Assembly (NCBI GenBank): GCA_963422735.1
Contig: OY730476.1
Location: 3,584,001-3,648,000, forward strand
Reading direction: 5' to 3'
From: Candidatus Latescibacterota bacterium
Lineage (GTDB): Bacteria > Latescibacterota > UBA2968 > UBA8231
Length of the DNA stretch: 64,000 nt
Shown here: one piece after another, positions 19,001-27,089 of the stretch
Layout of the letters: every line of letters begins with the position of its first letter
Position numbering within the stretch: the stretch's first letter is position 1
Made by a program: the position numbers and the translations under genes
Notes under the pieces: generated by a model
The model's database searches: none
What the model was told of the DNA's origin: nothing
Seen by the model: the letters and a program-made list of their open reading frames with translations, nothing else

Positions 19001-21339
19001 GTGGTTCGGGCGACGTGGCCTACACCGTCTCGGAGTTGCCGGCGGGGTTGTTGTTTGACCCGGCCACGCGGACGATTTCGGGTACGCCCGAAGCAGCCGG
19101 TACGACCGAGGTTACCTACACGGCGACGGACAGTGCTGGGTCTAGCGTACCGCTGAGTTTCTCGATCACAGTTAACGCGCAGTTGGAGTTTGGTGATCTG
19201 AGCGGCTTGTTCGGTGCGTTCCTCAACCTCGGGGCTGGCAAGGCCAATCCGGCGTCGGAGCATGACGCCGAAGCGATCCCCTTCGTCGTTGGCGAGCCGG
19301 TCAGCCTGACGCTGCCGGAAGTGTCGGGCGGGACTCCCCCTCTGAGCTACAGCGTGTCGGGGTTGCCGGCGGGGTTGTCTTTTGATCCGTCCACCCGTAC
19401 GGTGTCGGGTACGCCCACCCAAGTCAGCGATGTGGTGGTGGTTACGTACACGGTCGCGGATGGGAGCGGTGCGTCCAAATCGCTGCCGATCTCGGTGGTG
19501 GTGGTTGCGCCTTCGTTGGATGCGCCCGATGCGCTGGTGGCCGTGGACTACAAAGGGGCCGACGGCGCGGGCGATCAAGGCGGCTTTGTGCTGCTGACGT
19601 GGGATCTGTCGGACGATCACGATACGCTGGACGGCTATCGCATTTTCCGCGAGTTGCCGGTGCTGAACAGTGAAATGGTTCCTTGGGCTATGGTAGATGC
19701 CGTGCCGGGGGTGGAGATGGGTCGTGCTATCGTTGCCACGCTGGACAATGTGGCGACCAACTGGGGCATAGCGGCCGAGCGCGGAGGTCAGACCACGCAC
19801 GGCGCGGCTAAGGCCGTGTTCGTCTCGTCGGAGTCGTTGAGTCATCCTTATGCGGTGATGGCTCAGACGCTGGCGGCTAGCAAAGAGGCGGCTCACGTCG
19901 GTGATGCACCGGTGTTCGCCTCGCTGCTGCCGGAAGCCCTGGCGTATGCTCAAGGGGTGACACCTAAGCTGAATGTGGTAGCAGGGGAGTTGGAGCGTTC
20001 GGCACTTACGGTGACGGAAGAGCCGGTTCGCGCTATCGACAACATCGCGCCGTTAGCCGTACCGTCTCTCACCGTCTTGGACGCGCCCAACGATCAGGGT
20101 AGCCGCATCCTTCTGACGTGGATGCTCTCGCCGTCTGACCAGCTCTTGCAGGGTGTTGTTGCCGGGGCCATCGGCCCGGCTGCGGTTGAGCGAGTTGTTG
20201 GTGTGCATGGCTACGGTATCTATCGCCGCGCTGCGGGCGAAGACGAGTTCGCCCTGCTCGCGCAGGTGGACGCAGGCGTTACGTCCTTTGTCGATGAGAC
20301 GGTGCTCAACGGGGTGCGCTACACCTATCAGGTGCGACCCTACGACTTGGACAACGAGACCGCTTCTGACGCAGAGCAGACGGCGATGGCCGTTCGCAAC
20401 GGCGTACTGGATAGCGAAGGTCGCGCAATCTTTGGTCTGTTCGGCGCGGACAATCGCATCGGTTTCGACGACTTCTTCCTCTTCGCCGACCACTTCGGTC
20501 TGACGGCGGAAGACGCCGGGTTTGATCCCGCGTTTGACCTAGCGCCTAGCGCGACGATCGACTTCGACGACTTCTTCGTCTTTGCCGACCACTTCGGTCG
20601 CAGCACGGTTGGCGCCGGCAAGCGCATTCCCCTGATCGCCGGTCTGAATGCCGATGCGCGGATGTATCTGGATGCGCGAACGGCCATGCCGAACGTGGGT
20701 GAGGACTTCGTCCTCGATGTGCGCGTGGCGGACTTCGTCGCGGTCAAGGGCTACGGTTTGCAGGTGCAGTACGACGCCAGCAAGCTAGAGTTCGTCCAGA
20801 CTCTTACCGAGCAACCGCTGGGTGGGAGCGAGTTGGCCGCACCGCAGGTGCTGTCCGACGAAGGTGGCCTCTTGGCGCTGGTCGCCCACGGGGACATCGT
20901 CTCCGAAGGCGAGGTGGAACTGAGCTTGGTCTTCCGTGCGAAGACGGAGATCGAGAATACGGTCATCGAGATCACCGACACCCAGACATATGACAGCGAA
21001 TTTGGCTTCAACCGTCTGGCGTTGCCGGCACCGGTGCAGTTGCAGACGCGGCCTGAGTTGTTCGCGTTGGCGAACAACTATCCGAACCCGTTCAACCCGG
21101 CGACGACGATCAAGTATGCGTTGCCGCAGGCGTCGGACGTGGAACTGACGGTGTATAACGTGGTAGGTCAGGCGGTTCGGACGCTGGTTGCTGAGCACCA
21201 GAGCGCGGGTCGCTACGTCGTGGAGTGGGACGCGACTAACGACAGCGGACACAGCTTGTCGTCGGGGCTGTATTTCTACCACCTGCAGGCGGGCGGAGGA
21301 GAGTTCCGCGAAGTCAAGAAGATGCTGCTGCTCAAGTAG
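16057..21339 (+). CDS. Giant secreted surface protein: about 6 Calx-beta-like domains, 3 He_PIG Ig domains, 2 Fn3-like domains, dockerin-like EF-hand pair, cohesin-like domain, FlgD/T9SS-type CTD
   Basis: Signal peptide (AQA-D); repeats of S(V/I)xEDAGxTE(I/V)T(I/V)TAT and A(T)RDxDY; LPAGL(S/L)FDxxTRT(I/V)SGTP x3; duplicated FDDFFxFADHFG; terminal NYPNPFNP...WDA...SGLYFY...KKMLLLK. Confidence 0.85.
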   Translation: MIHTKLLIRRLAYVPWLLAFGLMLSWAGEAQADEVRLTVDKKSVREDAGATEITVTATNYGADDAKKKVGADRYVILDLDPDQKGLNERFRLSLSTIIIPKDKDAGTATITLTPIDLKEDHDGDAKTDMVSAVGNAGTDDDAYWSDAPNLLIEIFGEAGAVDVKKATVVLIDKDQITDRIYLSVSPGEISQESGPTEITVTATVDGKTVNSKSLSFPLLVVSGDKFTATSSTLDVPKPKDDAIEATRDTDYTITSLGSITIPRKKVKGTATFTIDPKTGPRWVGIGTRYTGTTTATDLKYNADGGSAKDARKGAKGLSKEVAATDSTEEQGISVIPALLSISEKKIAALKGDNKGFVATPNSIREDAGTTEISLKITLENALTKDEAVKFSVKEETGGALRDVNYTAVFTDLTILAGSTEGTAMLTLTPFNNGGTNDPKVITVRAEVGKQSTQDVKVTITDDDTQSLNIKLSASPADIKEDAGETDVTITATLDGKVFDEDKKLTLVLDSADAKATRDVDFTAIIRSLTIKAGEVSGSTTISITPVDDGLDEDDDEPFYVKSVTEIKNDDDDKLNVGSKMGEDDDLVDNRAKITLKDTGAKAAPGDPEDSTPKFTGGDIAASDTAIEGTAGKALEDVVLPAATGDGKLTYSVSANLPAGLSFDVATRTISGTPLVAGTSSIIYTVIDGDTGDQLPAESAALTYTVEIAAMPAPTVAVASVASTRSSVRENGETVSITLTATLRSPAPKAEEILFTVVAGTEGAMAVRDVDYTASLVGGVAIAEGATEASTTLVLMPLDNGVADGHKYLTVQASGSGGSASTMIKIADDETASTSISLSASPHSVSEDAGVTEVTITATLDGKVLDANAIVTVSVDPASAATRDEDYSALFNPRLEIPAGSVSGSITFLIDPIVDDLDEDNEAIKLRGAIAGLVDGVGVVLIDDVAVAPAGPSLAFAEGTMVDDISITASWTMKSLVLPEASGGSGDVAYTVSELPAGLLFDPATRTISGTPEAAGTTEVTYTATDSAGSSVPLSFSITVNAQLEFGDLSGLFGAFLNLGAGKANPASEHDAEAIPFVVGEPVSLTLPEVSGGTPPLSYSVSGLPAGLSFDPSTRTVSGTPTQVSDVVVVTYTVADGSGASKSLPISVVVVAPSLDAPDALVAVDYKGADGAGDQGGFVLLTWDLSDDHDTLDGYRIFRELPVLNSEMVPWAMVDAVPGVEMGRAIVATLDNVATNWGIAAERGGQTTHGAAKAVFVSSESLSHPYAVMAQTLAASKEAAHVGDAPVFASLLPEALAYAQGVTPKLNVVAGELERSALTVTEEPVRAIDNIAPLAVPSLTVLDAPNDQGSRILLTWMLSPSDQLLQGVVAGAIGPAAVERVVGVHGYGIYRRAAGEDEFALLAQVDAGVTSFVDETVLNGVRYTYQVRPYDLDNETASDAEQTAMAVRNGVLDSEGRAIFGLFGADNRIGFDDFFLFADHFGLTAEDAGFDPAFDLAPSATIDFDDFFVFADHFGRSTVGAGKRIPLIAGLNADARMYLDARTAMPNVGEDFVLDVRVADFVAVKGYGLQVQYDASKLEFVQTLTEQPLGGSELAAPQVLSDEGGLLALVAHGDIVSEGEVELSLVFRAKTEIENTVIEITDTQTYDSEFGFNRLALPAPVQLQTRPELFALANNYPNPFNPATTIKYALPQASDVELTVYNVVGQAVRTLVAEHQSAGRYVVEWDATNDSGHSLSSGLYFYHLQAGGGEFREVKKMLLLK

Positions 21340-21358
21340 CACCCACTGCACAGCGAGT

Positions 21359-21405
21359 TAGTGAAATGGGACCTCAAATCTCAGCTTGGGGGTCCCATTT
21401 CACTA
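21359..21405 (+). promoter_or_regulatory. Long intergenic stem-loop without a U tract (mRNA stabilising/processing element or weak terminator)
   Basis: TAGTGAAATGGGACC...GGTCCCATTTCACTA, 15 perfect bp. Confidence 0.65.
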
Positions 21406-21442
21406 TATAAAAGCAGGTTCATAAATAGAAGGAGAAGTAACC

Positions 21443-23494
21443 ATGCAGAACAGCGTGTGCAAGATGTTTCCTCTTGCCATCGCCCTGTTGCTCGCACTCT
21501 GTGGCGCCGCTGTCGCCGGGGATAACGCGAACGTCGTCATTTCGCTGGACAGTGGGGAACATGCATCCGCCGGTGCTGGTGAACAAGTTCAAGTAGCACT
21601 GTCGGCTGCTGGAATGGTCGGGGTAAAGCAGTTTGAAATTACCCTGACGATATCGCCCGCTGAAGCCTTCGATATAGCGGCGACGACGTTTACCCCAGCT
21701 TTTGGTTTTTCGCCTGGCGTGGAATTGTTAGGGGATGGACAGATCAAAAGCGGTGTGGCCACCCTCGGCGAGACGGTAGATGGCGATGGTGCTTTAGGTG
21801 TTTTTACTCTCACTACGTCGAGTAGTTTTAGCACAGATACCGCTGCCGCGATTATGGTAAACAGCGCATCCCTTGGGTCGTCCTCTGTAGATCGAGATGT
21901 CTTTGACGCCGGGGCGTTAGGGCTTCTCTTGATCGTCAACCAGCCCGTGTTCGAGCCGATGCTGGCGGCCACTTCGCCGCTCGCCGCTAATCCGGCCTAT
22001 TCAGCGATTGGCACAGGTGCGGTCGCTGACGGCAGCCCCGGCGAGCTTGGTATCTCGGTCAATTTCGCCGACCATAAGGGCAATCCCACCAAAGGCCAAG
22101 CCATTGCTTGGGACATTACCAATACCGGTTCTAGGTCAGTCTATCTGCTCGGTGTCGGCGAGATTCCCTCCGGAGTGTATGTATGCCTGCGGAATGTGAC
22201 CGATGCGGCCGGCGATGCGGCGATTAAGTTTGATTCCGAAGGCAACCTAAAGGCGGCTGCGACTTCGCTCGAAGTTCGGGCGCGCACGACCGCTGGTAAT
22301 TCGGCCGGTGAGTCCAGCGATTTGGCGGTTGACTTCAACGTCACTTGGGCGGTACCGGATGCCAATCAGTTGATGTTCGTCTCGCAGGTTTCCCTAAATA
22401 GTGCTGACGAGATAGTCGTGGGTGCGGGTGCTGAAATCCCCGTTGTGCTGTCGGCGGCTGGGCTGGCCGGCGTAGAGCAGATTGCAGTCACCTTGACGGT
22501 ATCGCCCGCCGAGGCCTTCGATATAGCGGCCACCACGTTTGCGGGTTCCGATGCGTTTAGCTTGTCGGCGCCGGCTGTGGAAGTCTCTGAGAGTCAGGTG
22601 CGGGGCGGCGCAGTCGTTATCGACGCAGCCGTAGATGGCGATGGCGTTCTGGGAACCTTCACCTTCGTCACGTCGGACAACTTTACCCAAGAGACTGAGG
22701 CGGAGATTGTGGTCAACAGCGTGTCCCTCGGCCCGTCGTCCGATATGCGCGATGCCTTGGATGCCGAGTTGTTGGGTCTCAGCGTGTATCTCAATCGACC
22801 GGATCCGGTACTGGTCGCTACCACGCAATTGGTTGGCAACGCGTTGGTTTCTGGGGCTGACACGGGCGTGGTCAATGACGATAGTCCTGGCGAGATCGAA
22901 TACTCGGTCAATTTTACCAATCTCTGGGGCAATCCGGGCGAGAGCCAGCCCATCTCGTGGGACATCTACAACCGGAGCGCGCAGTCGGTATCTGTGCTCG
23001 GTATTGGCACGATTCCCCCCGGCGGTAGCGTATTCTTGCGCAATACGACCGATGTCGATGGCAATTCGTCGATTGAGGTTGACGCCGAGGTCGTGTCTTT
23101 CCTCAGCATTCAGGCAAGCACAACTACTGAAAATGCTGCCGGCAAGACCCTCGACTTGGAGGTTGACTTCAGCGCGGCTTGGGCCGCTGCTAAGCAGCTA
23201 GCCGCCGTGCCTTTGGCTAATTCGCTGAGTCAGAACTATCCCAACCCGTTCAATCCGGAGACGACGATCCGTTACGATCTGAGCAGTGATGGTATCGTCT
23301 CCCTGACGATTTACAATATCACGGGTCAGGTCGTGCGCAAGCTGGTTGACGGCAAGTCTTTGGCCGCAGGTCAGTACCAAGCGGTGTGGGATGGCCGGAA
23401 CGAAAGCGGCGTTGGCGTCGCTAGCGGCATGTATTTTTATTTGCTCCATGCCGGTGACTACGTAGCCAAGCGCAAGATGGTATTACTCAGGTAG
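21443..23494 (+). CDS. Secreted protein with two tandem [cohesin-like + Ig-like] modules and a FlgD/T9SS-type CTD
   Basis: Signal peptide; internal duplication (LSAAGxxGVxQxx(I/V)TLT(I/V)SPAEAFDIAATTF...VDGDGxLG; SPGExxxSVNF...I(A/S)WDIxN); C-terminal QNYPNPFNPET...WDGRN...ASGMYFY...KRKMVLLR. Confidence 0.82.
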   Translation: MQNSVCKMFPLAIALLLALCGAAVAGDNANVVISLDSGEHASAGAGEQVQVALSAAGMVGVKQFEITLTISPAEAFDIAATTFTPAFGFSPGVELLGDGQIKSGVATLGETVDGDGALGVFTLTTSSSFSTDTAAAIMVNSASLGSSSVDRDVFDAGALGLLLIVNQPVFEPMLAATSPLAANPAYSAIGTGAVADGSPGELGISVNFADHKGNPTKGQAIAWDITNTGSRSVYLLGVGEIPSGVYVCLRNVTDAAGDAAIKFDSEGNLKAAATSLEVRARTTAGNSAGESSDLAVDFNVTWAVPDANQLMFVSQVSLNSADEIVVGAGAEIPVVLSAAGLAGVEQIAVTLTVSPAEAFDIAATTFAGSDAFSLSAPAVEVSESQVRGGAVVIDAAVDGDGVLGTFTFVTSDNFTQETEAEIVVNSVSLGPSSDMRDALDAELLGLSVYLNRPDPVLVATTQLVGNALVSGADTGVVNDDSPGEIEYSVNFTNLWGNPGESQPISWDIYNRSAQSVSVLGIGTIPPGGSVFLRNTTDVDGNSSIEVDAEVVSFLSIQASTTTENAAGKTLDLEVDFSAAWAAAKQLAAVPLANSLSQNYPNPFNPETTIRYDLSSDGIVSLTIYNITGQVVRKLVDGKSLAAGQYQAVWDGRNESGVGVASGMYFYLLHAGDYVAKRKMVLLR

Positions 23495-23529
23495 TTTCCT
23501 CAGCGGGATAACAGCAACAATCACTGAGC

Positions 23530-23567
23530 GAAATGGGGCCTCAAAAGGGTCCCATTTCCTTTTTTTT
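23530..23567 (+). terminator. Rho-independent terminator
   Basis: GAAATGGGGCCT-caaa-AGGGTCCCATTTC followed by a T run. Confidence 0.75.
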
Positions 23568-23612
23568 CGCCGCGGCCCGTTTCGCAAGGCCGCGGCGTTA
23601 TTGCGCTTGGAT

Positions 23613-23858
23613 ATGAAAATCAAGGTTTTATTTTTTGCTTCCTGCCGCGATGCAGTCGGCTACAGGAGCTGCGACTGGGAGATTGCGGAAGGCTACCGGG
23701 TCGCGGATTTGCAGCGCGAGCTCGTGGCCGCGTATCCGCAACTGGCCGCTGTGCAGCAGGTGTTGTCGATTGCGGTCAATTCCGAGTACGCGGGGAACCA
23801 TACCGTGTTAAAAGCGGGCGACGAGGTGGCCCTTATTCCGCCTGTAAGTGGGGGCTGA
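23613..23858 (+). CDS. moaD: Molybdopterin synthase sulfur carrier subunit
   Basis: MKIKVLFFA...AVNSEY...GDEVALIPPVSGG C-terminal diglycine. Confidence 0.92.
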   Translation: MKIKVLFFASCRDAVGYRSCDWEIAEGYRVADLQRELVAAYPQLAAVQQVLSIAVNSEYAGNHTVLKAGDEVALIPPVSGG

Positions 23859-23859
23859 C

Positions 23860-24288
23860 GTGTTCAAAATTACCGAAGATCCAATTGAACCTAGCGATTT
23901 GTTCGCCGACGTAGTGCGCGATGAAAATGGCGCGGTGGCCACGTTTGTCGGCGTGGTGCGCAATCACTCTGGGGACCAGCAAACCGACTACTTGGTGTAC
24001 GAAGCCTATCCGGCTATGGCCGAGAAGAAGATGGTGGAGATTGGCGACGAGCTGAAGGCGCAGTGGGGCGTCGTGGATGTCGCGATGATTCACCGCGTGG
24101 GGAAGCTCGAAATCGGGGAGATCAGCGTGTTAATTGCCGTCGCCAGCCCCCATCGGGCCGAGGCGTTGGCCGCGTGTCAGTGCGCCATTGATCGGCTTAA
24201 GCAGGTCGTGCCGATATGGAAGAAGGAAGTGGGAGTCGGGGGTGAGAGCTGGGTTGAAGGGCCGCAGGCAGCCTACGAAGGCAGCTAG
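23860..24288 (+). CDS. moaE: Molybdopterin synthase catalytic subunit
   Basis: GAVATFVGVVRN, YEAYPAMA, HRVGKL, SPHR, PIWKKE. Confidence 0.93.
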   Translation: MFKITEDPIEPSDLFADVVRDENGAVATFVGVVRNHSGDQQTDYLVYEAYPAMAEKKMVEIGDELKAQWGVVDVAMIHRVGKLEIGEISVLIAVASPHRAEALAACQCAIDRLKQVVPIWKKEVGVGGESWVEGPQAAYEGS

Positions 24289-24289
24289 T

Positions 24290-24760
24290 ATGGTGTTCAA
24301 TTTTGGTTGGCTGTTAGAGGGTCGGTTGGCGGGTGCTGGGCAGATTGGCGGTTGGGAAGGAATCGAGCGGCTGGAGGGCGATCTCGATTTGCTGTCGGCG
24401 CAGGGCGTAAAGGCGATTGTGTCGCTGACCGCGAATCCCCTGCAGGCGGACGAGGTGGAGGCGCGAGATGTAGCGTATTTGCACTTGCCCATACAGGATA
24501 TGCAGCCGCCTTCGCTCGGGGATATACGGACGTTTGTCCAATTCGTCGACGAGTCGGTTGAACAAGGACGGCCCGTGATGGTCCATTGCAGCGCGGGGTT
24601 GGGACGCACGGGTACGATGTTGGCGAGTTATTTGGTAAGGATGGGCAGCAGCGCGGCGGACGCCCTGAAGCAAGTGCGGAACCTGCGACCCGGCTCGGTG
24701 GAGACGTTCGCCCAAGAGCAGGCCGTATATGAATATGCCGCGCGTCTTGGGCAAATGTAA
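24290..24760 (+). CDS. Dual-specificity protein phosphatase family protein
   Basis: P-loop VHCSAGLGRTG, D-loop IQDMQPP, RPGSVETFAQ; ATG at 24290. Confidence 0.88.
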   Translation: MVFNFGWLLEGRLAGAGQIGGWEGIERLEGDLDLLSAQGVKAIVSLTANPLQADEVEARDVAYLHLPIQDMQPPSLGDIRTFVQFVDESVEQGRPVMVHCSAGLGRTGTMLASYLVRMGSSAADALKQVRNLRPGSVETFAQEQAVYEYAARLGQM

Positions 24761-24774
24761 TCCCCCTGTTGTAA

Positions 24775-24803
24775 TTGACATCGTAGAGCGGCACGAGTAC
24801 ATT
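24775..24803 (+). promoter_or_regulatory. sigma70 promoter for the small Zn-ribbon gene
   Basis: TTGACA-17 nt-TACATT. Confidence 0.65.
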
Positions 24804-24858
24804 GAATTAGAGCGTGGCCCCGAGATGGCTGTACGCTAAAACCGGAAGGGAGGGCCGG

Positions 24859-25053
24859 ATGGAAAAGATTGATTTTCCTACGTGTTTGAAGTGCAAAGAA
24901 GGTGTTTTAATTCCGCTTTCCGACTATGGAAGGGAGGGTGCGGCCATTCACTACAAAGCATGGGCTTGCACGAATCCAAGTTGCGGATACCATATAAGAA
25001 TAGACAACGGCGAGTTGAGTATCGGCGAAGAGCTCAAGAAGTCGTTTAAGTAA
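24859..25053 (+). CDS. Small Cys4 zinc-ribbon protein of unknown function (64 aa)
   Basis: GGGAGG RBS; CLKC...CTNPSC; own promoter and downstream terminator. Confidence 0.75.
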   Translation: MEKIDFPTCLKCKEGVLIPLSDYGREGAAIHYKAWACTNPSCGYHIRIDNGELSIGEELKKSFK

Positions 25054-25100
25054 GCGGTCCCGTCTTCGACTTTGGCACGTGGTAAAAGTAGTAGATTACG

Positions 25101-25134
25101 AGAAGAGGCCCCTTTTGCGGAGCCTCTTTTTCTT
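25101..25134 (+). terminator. Probable intrinsic terminator
   Basis: AAGAGGC...GCCTCTT followed by T-rich sequence. Confidence 0.55.
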
Positions 25135-25147
25135 ATGGGGTCCATTG

Positions 25148-26077
25148 TTGGCCAACATCAGTATAAGCAGTTGGGGAATCAGGGCTGGCGCACTGGTCCT
25201 GTCTTTTGCGCTGTGGCTTCACGCCGTTACAGAGAAGTACTACGATAAAGAAATTACAGTGCGCCTCTGGGTCGAAGTGCCTCCACCGGGCGAGGGCGCG
25301 GAAGGGGATATGGTGCTGGCCAGTGAAGTGCCCCCTATGGTGCGCGTCTTGACCACCGGGTTGGGCAAGGATCTGCTGCTTGAATTGGACGACGACTCCT
25401 TTGTTTTGAGGCTGCGGGCCGAAGGCAGGAATCGGATCCACCGCCTGACTCCTTCCCAAATCACCAAACGGGCGACCGACTTGGACGTCGAAGTCAAGGA
25501 AATCCTCGAACCAAAAGAAATTGAAATCGCACTAGAGCCGAGGATGGAACGGGACGTGCCGGTACGGGTGCAAGCGAAGTTAGAAGTAGCCGCTGCCCAC
25601 GTACAAGTGACTCCGGTGGAATCCGATCCCACACACGTCCGGGTGATCGGTCCTCAGCAGCAGGTCGCAGCATTGCGTTATGTGGAGACGGATTCGCTGG
25701 TCTTGCAGGATGTCAGGGAAGACTTGGATGTGGAGTGGCCCTTGCAGCATCCCGAACACACGCAACTTGCTTTCGTGCCCGAGGCCGTGCGCGTGCGAGC
25801 CGCCGTGCAGATGTTAGCTGAGGACGATTTCATCGGGGTGCCGATTGCCGTGCGCCATGCCGGCGAGACACGCCTGCGGCCCGAGCCGGCCACCGCCCAA
25901 GTCAAGGTGCGCGGCGGGGTCGGCGTGATCGCCCAACTCGACCCAGCCCGCGATATAGAGCTGTACGTGGATTACGCCGAATATCAGGGGAGTGCTCTGC
26001 TGGTGTATAGCGCAGAGACGCCGATTTTTGAGGTGCGCCAGATCTCGCCGGCATACGTCGATTTGGTGAACTATTAG
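25148..26077 (+). CDS. CdaR/YbbR-like membrane-anchored protein
   Basis: N-terminal TM (ALVLSFALWLHAV), repeated P..V.V.G beta modules; start codon uncertain (TTG). Confidence 0.7.
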   Translation: MANISISSWGIRAGALVLSFALWLHAVTEKYYDKEITVRLWVEVPPPGEGAEGDMVLASEVPPMVRVLTTGLGKDLLLELDDDSFVLRLRAEGRNRIHRLTPSQITKRATDLDVEVKEILEPKEIEIALEPRMERDVPVRVQAKLEVAAAHVQVTPVESDPTHVRVIGPQQQVAALRYVETDSLVLQDVREDLDVEWPLQHPEHTQLAFVPEAVRVRAAVQMLAEDDFIGVPIAVRHAGETRLRPEPATAQVKVRGGVGVIAQLDPARDIELYVDYAEYQGSALLVYSAETPIFEVRQISPAYVDLVNY

Positions 26078-26078
26078 G

Positions 26079-27089
26079 ATGTTGGTGCTGGGGCTGGAGA
26101 CCTCCTGCGATGAGACGGCCGCGGCGGTAGTCGATGAGTCGTACGCCGTGCATTCCAATATCATCTTCTCGCAACAAGATCACGCGCCATACGGGGGCGT
26201 GGTGCCCGAGCTGGCCTCGCGTGCCCATATGCGTACGTTGGTGCCGGTCGTACGGCAGGCCCTAGCGACCGCGGGCATTGGTTGGGAAGAAGTGGATGGG
26301 GTGGCGGCGACGCGGGGACCGGGTTTGGTCGGGTCGTTGATCGTGGGGCTGTCGCTAGCCAAGGGGTTGGCGTTGGCGTGCAACAAGCCGCTGATAGGCG
26401 TCCACCACCTAGAAGCCCACGTGTTTTCCAACTTGGTCGCCGCACAGGTCGAGGTCCCTTTCCTAACGCTGCTGGTGTCGGGTGGTCACACCGAGTTGAT
26501 CTTGGTGCGTGAACTCGGCTCATACGAGGTGCTGGGCCGCACGCGCGACGACGCGGCCGGCGAGGCATTTGACAAAGTCGCCAAGCTGTTGGGTCTCCTG
26601 CCCGGGGAGGGGGTCGTAGCTGGCGGCCGGCTCATCGCCGAGCTGGCCGCCGCCGGCGATCCCAAGGCCATTGACTTCCCCCGCGCCCTTGTGGGCGAGA
26701 TGGACTTCAGCTTCAGCGGCCTAAAAACCGCGGTGTTGCACTACGTACGCTCGCTTTCCCCGCAAGCGTGTACGCAGCAGCTTGCCCATATTGCCGCTAG
26801 CTTCCAAGAAGCCGTGGTAGATGCCTTAGTTGCCAAGACCCTGTTGGCCTTGGACCGAGCGGATGTTGCGACCGTATGCCTCGCAGGCGGCGTTGCCGCC
26901 AACCAGCGTCTGCGCCAGCGCCTACGCGCCGAGGTCGAGCGCTGCGGCCTGTCGTTCCATTGCCCGGCATACGATTTGTGTACGGATAATGCTGCCATGG
27001 TGGGGGCCGTCGGGGCCTTCTACCTCAGCCGTGGCGTCCACGACGGTCTCGATGTGGACGCCGCCCCCCGCCTGAGCTGGCGTGTCTGA
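26079..27089 (+). CDS. tsaD: t6A tRNA threonylcarbamoyltransferase
   Basis: LGLETSCDETAAA, GGVVPELASRAH, HHLEAH, VSGGHT, DDAAGEAFDK, FSFSGLKT, CTDNAAM. Confidence 0.96.
   Translation: MLVLGLETSCDETAAAVVDESYAVHSNIIFSQQDHAPYGGVVPELASRAHMRTLVPVVRQALATAGIGWEEVDGVAATRGPGLVGSLIVGLSLAKGLALACNKPLIGVHHLEAHVFSNLVAAQVEVPFLTLLVSGGHTELILVRELGSYEVLGRTRDDAAGEAFDKVAKLLGLLPGEGVVAGGRLIAELAAAGDPKAIDFPRALVGEMDFSFSGLKTAVLHYVRSLSPQACTQQLAHIAASFQEAVVDALVAKTLLALDRADVATVCLAGGVAANQRLRQRLRAEVERCGLSFHCPAYDLCTDNAAMVGAVGAFYLSRGVHDGLDVDAAPRLSWRV

Noticed and set aside
18020-19420. Repeated He_PIG DNA segments as a DGR template/variable pair
   Set aside because: Differences are not adenine-specific, all copies are in-frame domains, and no reverse transcriptase is in the window
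23568-23597. GC-rich 10-bp inverted repeat as a MITE/REP element
   Set aside because: Single copy in the window with no target duplication; probably an accessory hairpin beside the terminator
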